DNA from: a virus
DNA: 63,448 bases
Direction: 5' to 3' (one strand)
Virus record (IMG/VR): IMGVR_UViG_3300023296_000800
Shown in pieces: positions 15,350 through 25,006 of this stretch; position 1 is the first letter of the stretch; each line of letters starts with the position of its first letter. The translations under genes and the position numbers were made by a program. Under the pieces are notes generated by a model. It did no database searches. It saw only the letters and a program-made list of their open reading frames with translations, and was not told where the DNA came from.

Positions 15350-15603
15350 GATAAGTCCTCATGAAGTTGATTCTGTTCGATCTTTGACATTGATTCTGTT
15401 CGATCTTTGACACGTGCATCGACCGCCAGGATTAGATTATGTACTGCCCTTGAAGTCTCGATATTGCCCGTATAAATGTTAGAAGTACTAATCATTGTTT
15501 GAATGGCAAGCAGTTGCTCTTTGAACCACTCACACTCAGCTTTTGCGGCTTCATTAAATGCACCGTTGGTGTAGGTCATAAGCTCTGCTACTGTTAATTG
15601 CAT
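15346..15603 (-). CDS. Hypothetical protein
   Basis: AAGGA RBS; coupled. Confidence 0.65.
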   Translation of the reverse strand: MQLTVAELMTYTNGAFNEAAKAECEWFKEQLLAIQTMISTSNIYTGNIETSRAVHNLILAVDARVKDRTESMSKIEQNQLHEDLS

Positions 15604-15638
15604 GATAATGTTTCCTTATTTTTATCTCTCACCCATGA

Positions 15639-15863
15639 TCATGGATTAATAGAGGTATCTAACTCAAATTCGGTAAAGGCCTTGTGCAAGTCTGATTTGT
15701 CATAGACAGAATCCATTGTGATATTGATCACTGGGTTATGCACAAACCCGTCGCCGTAATCTTCGATGGTCATCTCGGCACCGTGATCCACAAGTAACTG
15801 TCTTAATGCGTCAGTGAATGCGGTTCGACGTTGCACAGAGGCTTGGTAGTCATTAGTTATCAT
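15639..15863 (-). CDS. Hypothetical protein
   Basis: ORF in minus-strand array. Confidence 0.6.
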   Translation of the reverse strand: MITNDYQASVQRRTAFTDALRQLLVDHGAEMTIEDYGDGFVHNPVINITMDSVYDKSDLHKAFTEFELDTSINP

Positions 15864-15929
15864 AGTCTTTTCGCTTATTAATGTATTGTAGCGTAGAATA
15901 ACACATTAGCAATGCCATGTCAATGCCTA

Positions 15930-16136
15930 TTAACCATTTTCCCATCCTGTTGTATCGGGCAGTGTTATTAGAGCAGGATGTTCCACTTTTAACTGTACCA
16001 TCCAACTCGACGGTACATCAGAGAATTCAAATCCCATATTCCATGCACCAACCTTGTCTTGGCTCACGATTTGACACACAATGCTTTTGCCCTGCGGCAA
16101 TGTCAGTAACTGGGCAATTAGTTCTGATACAATCAT
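15930..16136 (-). CDS. Hypothetical protein
   Basis: MxVxELIxxLxxLP small-phage-protein N-terminus. Confidence 0.65.
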   Translation of the reverse strand: MIVSELIAQLLTLPQGKSIVCQIVSQDKVGAWNMGFEFSDVPSSWMVQLKVEHPALITLPDTTGWENG

Positions 16137-16387
16137 TGCTTCACCCGACCTGTATTGACGATAAAATAACCGTCCGACTCCATCTGTTTAAACCGCTGTC
16201 TAGCTTTATTATTAACGGCTTTATAATATGGAGTCTGTTCAGGTTTAAACATATCACTATAGGTGTCAATGTCGTCTAGTATCATCCACAGCGCCTCTGC
16301 TTTTTTCTTCCACTCGTCTAGCGTCGCAGGCACTTCCGTCAGCGGCCCATCCCTGTTCGCATTCATTCCCATTAATTCGTCACTCAT
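16133..16387 (-). CDS. Hypothetical protein
   Basis: AGGAG RBS; LWMILDDIDT motif. Confidence 0.7.
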   Translation of the reverse strand: MSDELMGMNANRDGPLTEVPATLDEWKKKAEALWMILDDIDTYSDMFKPEQTPYYKAVNNKARQRFKQMESDGYFIVNTGRVKQ

Positions 16388-16575
16388 TATACTTTCTCCT
16401 TTGGTATTTTCTTGCAGATATTACCCCTAACAATGTCCCTCGCCTCTCTAGTAAAATCTGGGTCAGGGTCAAAAAATCCCGCTCATGTATTGCATCTTTT
16501 CCATGAGATCAGGGAAATTTCCTAATTGACTTTCCATTATTTCTACTTGTCTTGCAATAGTCATCTTAATCATCA

Positions 16576-16776
16576 CTACACCCCCATATCATCGCCATAG
16601 CGTTTTATGGCGTCCATTCCAGTTAACTCAGGAACAACAGTTTTTTCGTGTTTCCCTGTGGTACTATGCACCATTACATGCATGAAGCAAAAGTACACTA
16701 CTGTCTTTGGTAGGCATGCTACTAACCAATACCAAAATTTAGTATTTGTTACAGTTCTATTTTGATTCTTCTTCAT
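16576..16776 (-). CDS. Hypothetical protein
   Basis: GGAG RBS. Confidence 0.6.
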   Translation of the reverse strand: MKKNQNRTVTNTKFWYWLVACLPKTVVYFCFMHVMVHSTTGKHEKTVVPELTGMDAIKRYGDDMGV

Positions 16777-16933
16777 ATTTCTCCATCCTTTGTTGTTTGA
16801 TTTACGTATTGCTCTTTTTCGAACAGAGTTGCGATTACAGTTTTAGGCTCTTTTGGCGTATTCTTGGTTTCAAAGGAAAGGGTTATCTTCCATCTTTTCC
16901 AAGATATAGTGTATATTCGAGTCTTAGTCAGCA

Positions 16934-17164
16934 TCATCTTCTCCTGGTTCCTGGTGTCGTGGTGCCCATATTTCCGACTACCGACATATAGGTTTCGTAG
17001 GCTTTACCAGCATCAGTTATTGTTTCTCCGTTGTAGTGAAATCCGTCACGGTCTATTCTTAACGCTTCTACGTTATCAAAGTAAAAATAAATACTTTGAT
17101 CAATAGTGCCATTAAAGACGAACTCATTCAATAGTGTTTTGGGTAGGTCGTTCGATTCTGTCAT
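16934..17164 (-). CDS. Hypothetical protein
   Basis: ATGA-coupled start MTESND. Confidence 0.6.
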   Translation of the reverse strand: MTESNDLPKTLLNEFVFNGTIDQSIYFYFDNVEALRIDRDGFHYNGETITDAGKAYETYMSVVGNMGTTTPGTRRR

Positions 17165-17379
17165 AAAAACCACCATAGATATCTTTCTATATAAACGCCA
17201 ATATTGATTGCGATGAACAACCACCATGGTTTTGTTACCCAGTACCGTGCGAGCCAGTGATTGTACTCTTTCTCTAGTTCTACCAGCTCATGAAATCTCG
17301 CTCTGGACACAACTCGATCTTCAGGTTCAAGTCTGATCCTTTCTGGCCCATGCACTTTGAAATCAGATGTCGATACCAT
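17161..17379 (-). CDS. Hypothetical protein
   Basis: AGGAG RBS before MVSTSDF. Confidence 0.55.
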   Translation of the reverse strand: MVSTSDFKVHGPERIRLEPEDRVVSRARFHELVELEKEYNHWLARYWVTKPWWLFIAINIGVYIERYLWWFL

Positions 17380-17404
17380 TATACTTTCTCCTTGGTTTCG
17401 GTTT

Positions 17405-17635
17405 TCATGTGTTTTCCTCATCAACAATGGGTACGTCTTGCCACTCGGTATAATTCTTTTCTGTTGGATCCGCAGGACAGTAATCAAGTGGCGGTTTAAT
17501 CTCTTCTCTAAACTGCAAAACACGGATGCGATGCCTTGCCGCATCATAAAATCCACTAGGGCGACTCTCTGCTGACAACAACTTAGAAAAAGGATCTCTT
17601 TTAAGTGGAACACTGAGCCATCTTACTTTGTCCAT
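17405..17635 (-). CDS. Hypothetical protein
   Basis: LQ...EWQDVP C-terminal motif. Confidence 0.6.
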   Translation of the reverse strand: MDKVRWLSVPLKRDPFSKLLSAESRPSGFYDAARHRIRVLQFREEIKPPLDYCPADPTEKNYTEWQDVPIVDEENT

Positions 17636-17856
17636 TATCCTTTCTCCCTCAACATTTCAAATTGTTGTGTGCGTGGGTTGTACATGGCACACTCAGATTG
17701 TGTTGTGTCTGCTTTCCACTCACCTGTAGAACGCGCATCTTGAATCACGCTTCCTGTAAGAACTCCCGCCACAAACAAAGCAACTAAGAAGGTGCCAACG
17801 GCAATTATTCCTTTCTTATCCTTCTTCTTTTTATAATCAGTAAAGCTATTCATCAC
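17635..17856 (-). CDS. Single-TM hypothetical protein
   Basis: Basic N-terminus plus TM; follows GGGGTGAAGTGATG junction. Confidence 0.65.
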   Translation of the reverse strand: MMNSFTDYKKKKDKKGIIAVGTFLVALFVAGVLTGSVIQDARSTGEWKADTTQSECAMYNPRTQQFEMLREKG

Positions 17857-18138
17857 TTCACCCCACTGGCTTGAATGTCTTTTAGCCCACTCTTAGCTTC
17901 AAATGAGAGGGTTACCTTCCATCTTCTCCAAGCTATCGTGTATATTCTGGTTTTAGTCAACATCACTTCTCCTCCTTTGGTGGTGTTAGGTCTACTGGCG
18001 TGTCCAGTTGCTGATCCATAATGTTATTCAATAATTCAAGCCTAGTATCCGGCGTCATTGATAAGTAGCCCAAGACATTCTTGGTCAAGGTATCTTGCAA
18101 CAGATGCAGAAGTAGGTGCGCTTGCCTAGATGTTAGTA

Positions 18139-18381
18139 TCATTGTTCTTTCTCCATGGATTTAATCGCCCGTTCAAGGCTCTGGCTTGGATTTTGGTTAT
18201 TGCTGATAATGCTGTATATAACGCTCATACGGTACTCGTGATTGACCCTCCGAGAATCTTTGTTCTCGCATCCTTTAAACATAAGGTGGAGTATATTGAC
18301 TCCTTCGGAGGTAGTTGAAAACACCCCTCGGATTTCAGTTAGGTCTACAAAATCATTTTTACCTATTTGAATTAGGTACAT
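18139..18381 (-). CDS. Hypothetical protein
   Basis: AGGAG RBS. Confidence 0.65.
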   Translation of the reverse strand: MYLIQIGKNDFVDLTEIRGVFSTTSEGVNILHLMFKGCENKDSRRVNHEYRMSVIYSIISNNQNPSQSLERAIKSMEKEQ

Positions 18382-18430
18382 GTTATTTCTCCTTTACCCA
18401 GCGATTACCCAAGATTAAATACTGCATCCC

Positions 18431-18637
18431 CTAAGCGTTCTCATACAATCCGTTAAGGCTAACGGCCAGCCATATTATATTTAAGATAAAAAATGGCGCA
18501 TCGTTGCTGTTAGCTGAGTGGACCAATAAGAATAACGACCCCCCTCCATTTAATCCGTAGTATATCGCGCTACGCTCTTTGTACTCTCCCCATAACATAG
18601 CAGACAGTATAAAAGTTGCGCCTATATAGACTAGCAT
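18431..18637 (-). CDS. Small membrane protein
   Basis: Three hydrophobic segments; TAATG coupling. Confidence 0.6.
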   Translation of the reverse strand: MLVYIGATFILSAMLWGEYKERSAIYYGLNGGGSLFLLVHSANSNDAPFFILNIIWLAVSLNGLYENA

Positions 18638-18828
18638 TACTCTTCGTCTACCCTCAAGAAGTGCGCTATAGCCTCGGGGTTTACATTTCTCCAAGTGAAG
18701 TTTACCGCCGCTAGTATCAGCTTAACGTCTTCGACCGTCTTAACCTTGTCGAAGTCAATGCTCCTAACCACCCCTTTTTTGAACACGAGTTCGCCACTAG
18801 CAAGTGTATTTTCTTTTGATCCGTCCAT
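18637..18828 (-). CDS. Hypothetical protein
   Basis: IDFDKVKTVEDVKLIL; TAATG coupling. Confidence 0.65.
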   Translation of the reverse strand: MDGSKENTLASGELVFKKGVVRSIDFDKVKTVEDVKLILAAVNFTWRNVNPEAIAHFLRVDEE

Positions 18829-19118
18829 TACTCTTTCTCCTTTACCCAGCGATTGCCGAGTATCAAATACTGCATTTTTCGCCAAAACCAATTAGGCTCT
18901 TTACCCTTATATGGATTCCAAGTAATATCCATGGCCGACCCACCAAACAGGTAACACTTCCAATCAGAATACTCTGGCTGTGTTGAACTGCATAGCTCTG
19001 GCGGTGGTAAATCCGCAGGGTCTAGGTAGACTGAGCCACTTGTAACCTTTTCTTTCAATTGTTCTGCCGTGTAAAGGCTTGCCACATCTTCTTCAAAAGT
19101 GCTTTCTTTGTTCATCAC
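18828..19118 (-). CDS. Hypothetical protein
   Basis: PNWFWRKMQYLILG motif; its 3' end is duplicated at 18386-18428. Confidence 0.7.
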   Translation of the reverse strand: MMNKESTFEEDVASLYTAEQLKEKVTSGSVYLDPADLPPPELCSSTQPEYSDWKCYLFGGSAMDITWNPYKGKEPNWFWRKMQYLILGNRWVKEKE

Positions 19119-19312
19119 TTCACCCCCACTGGCGTTATTTCACCACAAAGTATTTTTCGCGATTCTTCGATTTGTTCTCTGCTGAAAAACACTTCTAATT
19201 TGTCACGTAACTCACTAGGTCTTATTTCTGCCGTTTTCTCGTTTGACCACTCACAATAATGCATCATTTCAACACACAATCTTAGCGGGTATTTAATATC
19301 TGAATAATTCAT
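19115..19312 (-). CDS. Hypothetical protein ending PVGVK
   Basis: Shared junction motif. Confidence 0.65.
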   Translation of the reverse strand: MNYSDIKYPLRLCVEMMHYCEWSNEKTAEIRPSELRDKLEVFFSREQIEESRKILCGEITPVGVK

Positions 19313-19330
19313 ACCTTCACCTCTCCTCCA

Positions 19331-19594
19331 TTAATCTAACTCTGTTGACTCAATGCAACCCAGTATTGTTTCTTCATACATTTTATTAGCTTTTTCCTTA
19401 GCTTCATTTAAAGAACCACAACCATAAAAGTCATTAAAACCCTCTAGCGGCCCCACTATGTCAAAACTAGGAAACTTTTTCCAACCCTTCCATGTAATCA
19501 AAAATTCACCGAGTCCACTTGTCCCTCGAACATGGTTATACCTACAACTTTCGTCACAATCTTTTTCGTCTGACCATATAATATCTTTTATCAT
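19331..19594 (-). CDS. Hypothetical protein
   Basis: YNHV...FLITWKGWK motif. Confidence 0.7.
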   Translation of the reverse strand: MIKDIIWSDEKDCDESCRYNHVRGTSGLGEFLITWKGWKKFPSFDIVGPLEGFNDFYGCGSLNEAKEKANKMYEETILGCIESTELD

Positions 19595-19770
19595 TACACT
19601 ACCTCAAATCCGAATTCCATATAAAGTATGTTGAACCTTAGATAGCCTTCTTCCAAGTGAACACCGAACAAACTACGAAGCCCGTCCTCCCAATTATTAA
19701 CGGACAAAAGCCAAAAGCCATATATTGAATCCGAAGGTATCCAATCTATTCCAAATAAGTCAAAACTCAT
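19594..19770 (-). CDS. Small protein (58 aa), MSFxLF family
   Basis: First ~88 nt near-identical to 48873-48960; below ORF-track cutoff. Confidence 0.7.
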   Translation of the reverse strand: MSFDLFGIDWIPSDSIYGFWLLSVNNWEDGLRSLFGVHLEEGYLRFNILYMEFGFEVV

Positions 19771-19949
19771 CACTTCTTCTCAGGTATTGGGTTAAAGTCT
19801 TCTTTTAGAACATCGTAATCATCAAACTCGCCTTCATCTTGCGCTTCGATCCACTGCTGTGCTAAGGCTTCTGTAGAGAACACGGCGCTGACATTATACT
19901 CATGACCGCCACGCCAGTAGTTCTGTACTACATATACTGAGTTACTCAT
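19770..19949 (-). CDS. Small protein (59 aa), paralog of 14573
   Basis: MSNSVYVVQNYWRGGHEYNVSAVFSTEALAQQWI; below cutoff. Confidence 0.7.
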   Translation of the reverse strand: MSNSVYVVQNYWRGGHEYNVSAVFSTEALAQQWIEAQDEGEFDDYDVLKEDFNPIPEKK

Positions 19950-20152
19950 AACTTCTTCTCCTGTTCTTTGTTTAGTTTAGTCTCGTGTCTAGCTACGACA
20001 TCAAATAGCTCGTCCTCTAGTTTCTTTTGTACTTGAAGATGCTCTGTCTGTAGATCAGCTAGTAGCTCCTTCTCACTATAATCTCTTTCATCACTGGAAG
20101 CCCAGAGTTTTATAAACTGCATAGCTAAAGCATCATCATCAATCACTCTCAT
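19946..20152 (-). CDS. Hypothetical protein (RVIDD family)
   Basis: MRVIDDDALA. Confidence 0.7.
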   Translation of the reverse strand: MRVIDDDALAMQFIKLWASSDERDYSEKELLADLQTEHLQVQKKLEDELFDVVARHETKLNKEQEKKL

Positions 20153-20277
20153 ACATCACTCCAAATATAGTATAGCACACCAGAGGCCATGTAGACTGAG
20201 TCACTTGCTTATTCATCATGCGTACTCTTCTGTTAACCTATTAATATTATAGCACGTTTACCTTGCTTAAGCAAGTG

Positions 20278-20481
20278 TTAACTTGCATCTGAAAAACCAT
20301 ACGTTGGTGCGGGATTCCCCATCGCTATCCAAGAATCTCTTACCAGTTTACGCATTCGTAAAACTAGTTGTCTGTAAATCTCTCGTTCAGGGTGCTCCGT
20401 AGCGCCATAAAACAAATCATCAGCTACACGAATAATCTCTTTTTCGTAACCCAAATATCTTACATCATTTTCCTTATCCAT
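20278..20481 (-). CDS. Hypothetical protein
   Basis: AAGGAG RBS within a 29-bp repeat. Confidence 0.65.
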   Translation of the reverse strand: MDKENDVRYLGYEKEIIRVADDLFYGATEHPEREIYRQLVLRMRKLVRDSWIAMGNPAPTYGFSDAS

Positions 20482-20774
20482 CTTTCTCCTTAATTGATTA
20501 ATGGTGTTATGCGGTGTCGGGTATTAACCACCACTTACCTACCTCATTCCAAGGAATCTTTAATTCGTCATACTCATCCTCAAAGTCATACGGCCCGAAC
20601 CAATCGTTTTCGTCGCATTCATCATCTTCATCTGCGCCATTCAATGTGTATGTAATATGCTGGGGCGTACTTCTGTAACATATAAGCAGTGGTAACCCAT
20701 ATGGGGGTCGCTCCTTTGATGTTTCAGTCCATTCTATATTCATACCTTTCTCCTTAATTGATTAATGGTGTTAT
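20482..20774. repeat. 29-bp direct repeat flanking one gene
   Basis: CTTTCTCCTTAATTGATTAATGGTGTTAT at 20482-20510 and 20746-20774. Confidence 0.9.
20507..20743 (-). CDS. Hypothetical protein, DUF551-like
   Basis: W...ERPP N-terminus and W-W..P C-terminus. Confidence 0.6.
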   Translation of the reverse strand: MNIEWTETSKERPPYGLPLLICYRSTPQHITYTLNGADEDDECDENDWFGPYDFEDEYDELKIPWNEVGKWWLIPDTA

Positions 20775-20983
20775 ATTGATACCATTTCTAGTTGCGCCAT
20801 TGCTTCAGGCAGTGTGTTGCAGAAACTATCTAAAGTTTCTTCACCGCCAAACATTGGAACGTGATAGACATTGAACCCACAAATGCATTCTTCATCGTCA
20901 TAGACAGGCCGTATAAACCCGCCGCTATCACCAAAATGCCAGTGTATTGCATCGTTCTTTTTGTCGTAGTAAACCTTCAACAT
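20771..20983 (-). CDS. Hypothetical protein
   Basis: GGGAG RBS. Confidence 0.6.
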   Translation of the reverse strand: MLKVYYDKKNDAIHWHFGDSGGFIRPVYDDEECICGFNVYHVPMFGGEETLDSFCNTLPEAMAQLEMVSI

Positions 20984-21014
20984 AACAATTCAAGCTCCCT
21001 TTTCTTTTAGTTGA

Positions 21015-21281
21015 TTAATTACTAATTTCAAATGCATGAAATACCAAACCGTTTATAAATCCCGTTCCAATGTAAATGTAATCAACACCCATGACTCTCG
21101 GTATTCTGTGCCCAGTTCCAAATAGCTCGAACTGTCTTGTTTCTGGTTCGGCTTCAGTATCAACCTTTGCCCATATACAACAATCATTTCCTTGGTACGC
21201 CACTGTTAATATTTCCGCGTTTGCCGGCATCTCTATTTTTGCGCCATAAGGGCTAATAACATACTTGTGTACTGTAAACAT
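21015..21281 (-). CDS. Hypothetical protein (common small phage family)
   Basis: HKY...MP..AEIL...IWA.VD...GTGH...YIGT...VFHAFE. Confidence 0.75.
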   Translation of the reverse strand: MFTVHKYVISPYGAKIEMPANAEILTVAYQGNDCCIWAKVDTEAEPETRQFELFGTGHRIPRVMGVDYIYIGTGFINGLVFHAFEISN

Positions 21282-21366
21282 AATTACACCCGCCCATTTC
21301 TACAATCATAGGGCCCATAGAGTTTATTTTTTCCATATTTAAAATATCTGACATTTCGGTTACCCT

Positions 21367-21624
21367 CTAAACTCGTTGATACAACTGTCCGTTTTGGATA
21401 ATCATATCTCCACCGCCCCAGTATAAAGACGTGGTATGAAAGTCACCATCGTTGGCCATATCAACCCAGACTGCCATTTCTGGCTCGCTACCATGTTCGA
21501 GATCAGCCATAAACACGGGTTTGTATTCCTCCCATAACTTTTCTGCCTCGGTTCGAGTGATTAATTCAGTATCCTCTTTCATGGTTCCGTTACCTAATGC
21601 GTATTGAAATGTACAGTCTTTCAT
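21367..21624 (-). CDS. Hypothetical protein
   Basis: AGGAG RBS before MKDCTF. Confidence 0.65.
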   Translation of the reverse strand: MKDCTFQYALGNGTMKEDTELITRTEAEKLWEEYKPVFMADLEHGSEPEMAVWVDMANDGDFHTTSLYWGGGDMIIQNGQLYQRV

Positions 21625-21771
21625 TATTTTTTTTCTCCTAGTTCCAGAACAGCGGTCAATCTTTCTAAAAATCTGTCCCTCCAATCCTCAAAATTTAGGG
21701 GTGTTTCTCCCTTGTCTTTTAGTAAATCCACATAATAATCATAGTGTTTTTTTTCCTGCTTGCTCGTAAAA

Positions 21772-21954
21772 TTAATCACGTATACAACCACCCGCGTCCA
21801 GTATTGCTATCTCCTCTTCTGACATATCCACTAGGGCGAGACAAATCAGATCAACCTCGCTAAAAATAGTTTGCTGTCTAGCGTCATGTTCATACTTGAA
21901 AGATAATCCCTCTTGGCTGTCTCGCTTATAAACCTCCCATACTGGCACTATCAT
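21772..21954 (-). CDS. Hypothetical protein
   Basis: Coupled ORF. Confidence 0.55.
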   Translation of the reverse strand: MIVPVWEVYKRDSQEGLSFKYEHDARQQTIFSEVDLICLALVDMSEEEIAILDAGGCIRD

Positions 21955-22196
21955 TAGGTCTCCTCCTCCTCTTCATATTCACACCACTCTCCGTTAGCAT
22001 CAAGTTCTTCCATTACAAACATATTCGAGTAATCTTCCATGAGTGCATGTTTATGTACGAATAGTAGCAAATTTGCGGCGGTGTTACTGGCGGCGAGCAT
22101 TTCTTCAGCCGTCTCATATGTATGAGTGACTACATGGTTTACCCCTCCTGTTACGCCCAGTTCTAAACAGGGATAGATTGATAGTTTATATTTCAT
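21954..22196 (-). CDS. Hypothetical protein
   Basis: AGGAG RBS. Confidence 0.65.
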   Translation of the reverse strand: MKYKLSIYPCLELGVTGGVNHVVTHTYETAEEMLAASNTAANLLLFVHKHALMEDYSNMFVMEELDANGEWCEYEEEEET

Positions 22197-22205
22197 GTCT
22201 TTCTC

Positions 22206-22412
22206 CTAATATCTGTGTCCGTCAAAATTACACGCGGGACAATGAATGGTATATTGCGGTGGTGATGATAACAGTATCACTCCTGGATCAGAATCCATTA
22301 ATTCCTGTTTACAAACAGGACACTCGATTCCATTTGGAACTGGCTTCGTGCTATTCATAACAAAGTCTAGCACAAGTCGTTTGTCTCTGTTATGTTCATC
22401 TAATGTTTTCAT
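22206..22412 (-). CDS. Zinc-ribbon protein
   Basis: CPVC...CPAC. Confidence 0.7.
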   Translation of the reverse strand: MKTLDEHNRDKRLVLDFVMNSTKPVPNGIECPVCKQELMDSDPGVILLSSPPQYTIHCPACNFDGHRY

Positions 22413-22574
22413 TGGATTTTGCCCTCTCCTTTTTGTAAGCCTGCTCGCCAATAAAGTAGCCAGCATAAACACAAATCGCCCACTCCATTAATATAGTGGC
22501 ACCTGTCACTGCGCCAATAAATATCACAATAAGTACCACACGTAAACAGGTCGAGAACGATTTATTATTATCCA

Positions 22575-22844
22575 TTATTCTGTCAACTCCTCAACAACTG
22601 CTTCGTCTTCGTTGTTCTGAACAACTACTTCACGACCTTCTGCAAACAACATCAACTCTGATGCAACTGCTCGGGCTTGTTGACGGGTCAACTGTATTGA
22701 ATCAAAGAACCGGTCTGGAACACTAAAGTCGTTCCACTTGGCCTGTGTTATTTGGATGCAGGTTTCGCGTTCAAGTCCGCCCCAGAACCTAGTCTGCGTT
22801 ATCTGTTGCTCTATACGCGGAACGTTTCTCAAATCAGTACTCAT
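22575..22844 (-). CDS. Hypothetical protein
   Basis: TRFWGG..R..CIQITQ motif. Confidence 0.7.
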   Translation of the reverse strand: MSTDLRNVPRIEQQITQTRFWGGLERETCIQITQAKWNDFSVPDRFFDSIQLTRQQARAVASELMLFAEGREVVVQNNEDEAVVEELTE

Positions 22845-23035
22845 GACAATTTCCTTTTTGTTAGTTAATTAGTTGTTTCGTTTAGAATCTCGATCATCTA
22901 AACGATCCTTAAGTTCGTCAACAATGTCGATTACTTGTTCAACTAGTTCCTTGTCGTTTGGATCATCAGTGTCCATTACCACTTTAATTTCTATCTTCAC
23001 TGCATTCTCCTAAATTCCTAATTAATTAAGTTGCC

Positions 23036-23064
23036 ATCATACAAGATTCGGTATCCAAAGTCAA
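23036..23064 (-). promoter_or_regulatory. Sigma70-type promoter TTGACT-N17-TATGAT
   Basis: Near-consensus; spacer starts TTGGATA. Confidence 0.75.
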
Positions 23065-23074
23065 CCTTTTAAAA

Positions 23075-23956
23075 TTACAGATTGTCGAATAAGCTAATAA
23101 TATGGGCAGGTGTTTTACCAGGTTTCTCTACGAAAAACTCCTTATTGCCATACTTGCTATTGACATTCTTGTAACTTATCTTCTTGTCCTTATAAGGTAA
23201 ATTGTGTTTTTTTGCTAAAACTTCTTTTCCTGTATTATGAGATACCCCTCTTGCCTGAGTCCAAGTACTGTTGCCTCCAGCAAATTCTTTCAGAATAATG
23301 TTGGTAAGTTGCAAACAACTTAGTCCAAGTAGTGCTATCTGAACACCGAAGTCAACATCTTCATGGGAGATCATTTCGTTGTTTGCCGTTACAAAATTGA
23401 TCTCATCATAGTAGACTTCGAGACCATAATGTTTCTTAAGATTTTTAAGTACGGCAAAACTCCCTTTGCTATCATAGTTGCGTTTAAAGATAAAAAACCT
23501 ATCATAGGCTGATTCTTGTTCTTTAAATGTCTTATTGAAAGGAACCTTGCCTGGATTGGTTGGGAAAAAGAAGTCTATGTCCTTAAGATCACTCACTGGA
23601 ATCATATTGAATATGTCAACAAAATCCTTACTGTCACAGTGTTGATCTCCTTCATGTAAAATAGAATCGTTATCTGCGATGATTGCAAAATCATCTGGTT
23701 GAGAATAAAAATGCTTTAAGCATTCATTTCTTGCTTCTGCAGGTAACAGTAAATGCCCATGCATATTATTTAAATATGTAACTTTGTTATTCTTTTCAGC
23801 CTCGTCATAATCTTGTGGAAACACGATAACTTCCAACCCATTACAAAAACACCAATCAAGCTGTGTGTTATGTTGCTTGATACGGGTGTCTCTGTTTTTA
23901 TCGCCTCGTTTACCAAACCAAGAAATGATATAGATTTTACTAAGATTTTTCATCAA
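23075..23956 (-). CDS. Putative GT-A fold glycosyltransferase
   Basis: ARN..L, IIADND (DxD) and HEDVDF motifs. Confidence 0.6.
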   Translation of the reverse strand: MMKNLSKIYIISWFGKRGDKNRDTRIKQHNTQLDWCFCNGLEVIVFPQDYDEAEKNNKVTYLNNMHGHLLLPAEARNECLKHFYSQPDDFAIIADNDSILHEGDQHCDSKDFVDIFNMIPVSDLKDIDFFFPTNPGKVPFNKTFKEQESAYDRFFIFKRNYDSKGSFAVLKNLKKHYGLEVYYDEINFVTANNEMISHEDVDFGVQIALLGLSCLQLTNIILKEFAGGNSTWTQARGVSHNTGKEVLAKKHNLPYKDKKISYKNVNSKYGNKEFFVEKPGKTPAHIISLFDNL

Positions 23957-24111
23957 TGATTAATGACGCCACAGTTTAATAAAGGCCCGTGTGCATCTAT
24001 ATTTGATCAATCTCATCACAGGCATGATAATTCCCAATTTCCGTGCCCATAGAAAATCCATAATAAGCATGCCCATCAGGACACCAATCATATAAATCAT
24101 AAAGAAATCCA

Positions 24112-24351
24112 TTACTTACACTCCATTATAGTGTATCGCCTTAGGTCAATTCCTAGACGTTTTTTTAACATGTCATCAAGCAATGTCATGTACCCATTGA
24201 ATAATGCCGTTGCTTCTTCAAAGTTCAATTCTATATCAAAGTTAGCAACTGTTGATGGTCTTGTATCAACGCCACTGGTGTTATTGAGCCAGTCAGATGT
24301 AAAAGAATTGCCTGGGACTGGCTCACTGCGTTTTACTGACAGTGTTGTCAT
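24112..24351 (-). CDS. Hypothetical protein
   Basis: Coupled ORF. Confidence 0.6.
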   Translation of the reverse strand: MTTLSVKRSEPVPGNSFTSDWLNNTSGVDTRPSTVANFDIELNFEEATALFNGYMTLLDDMLKKRLGIDLRRYTIMECK

Positions 24352-24560
24352 TATTCTACCCCTTCCAAAGTTACTTTATCGCTTGCTATGTTCATTTCGT
24401 TAGCACTGCGATGTCCTCTAATATGTTTTGTAGTGGCTTCGGCTATCTGTCCATTGCTCAGACGAATATGCATTGGTCCTAGAACGTCTACTACTTCTAA
24501 CCAGTTTGCGTTTATACGTGAAACACTTAAACTTACAAAATCACCTTTAAAAATCATCAT
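24351..24560 (-). CDS. Hypothetical protein
   Basis: Coupled ORF. Confidence 0.6.
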   Translation of the reverse strand: MMIFKGDFVSLSVSRINANWLEVVDVLGPMHIRLSNGQIAEATTKHIRGHRSANEMNIASDKVTLEGVE

Positions 24561-25006
24561 GATACTAACTCCCCAATTGTTTGAATTTCTTCAAATCCGA
24601 ATACGTTAACTATATGAAATGTTCCTTCGTTGGCATTCTCAACAATGTCACCAACTGACAAGGAATGCATATCTCTCACCATATCACCGGTCTCAACTAT
24701 TTTTTTCATTTTGAAACCAGTAACTAGACTATCGAACCAAGGATCACAACCCTGTTCATCATCCCAGTAGTAACCATTAAGAACTTTGAACACATCTTCC
24801 AAAGTACTACCTCCAAAGTTGTCAACAACACACACCTTAGTGTAATGCTCAAACATCTCAGGCTCATATTCGTCACTACCATGCCTAGTTTTCAAGCAAG
24901 TATCGTATATTGGAAATTTCTTAGCAGTTTCGCTATGTCCACCTTCGGGGCTATTTGCAAACTGAGTGATTTCGTCACTGATTCTAACTTGATAGATGTT
25001 ATACAT
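24557..25006 (-). CDS. YodL-like hypothetical protein
   Basis: LEDVF..LN and MHSLSVGDIV...FGFEEI motifs. Confidence 0.65.
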   Translation of the reverse strand: MYNIYQVRISDEITQFANSPEGGHSETAKKFPIYDTCLKTRHGSDEYEPEMFEHYTKVCVVDNFGGSTLEDVFKVLNGYYWDDEQGCDPWFDSLVTGFKMKKIVETGDMVRDMHSLSVGDIVENANEGTFHIVNVFGFEEIQTIGELVS

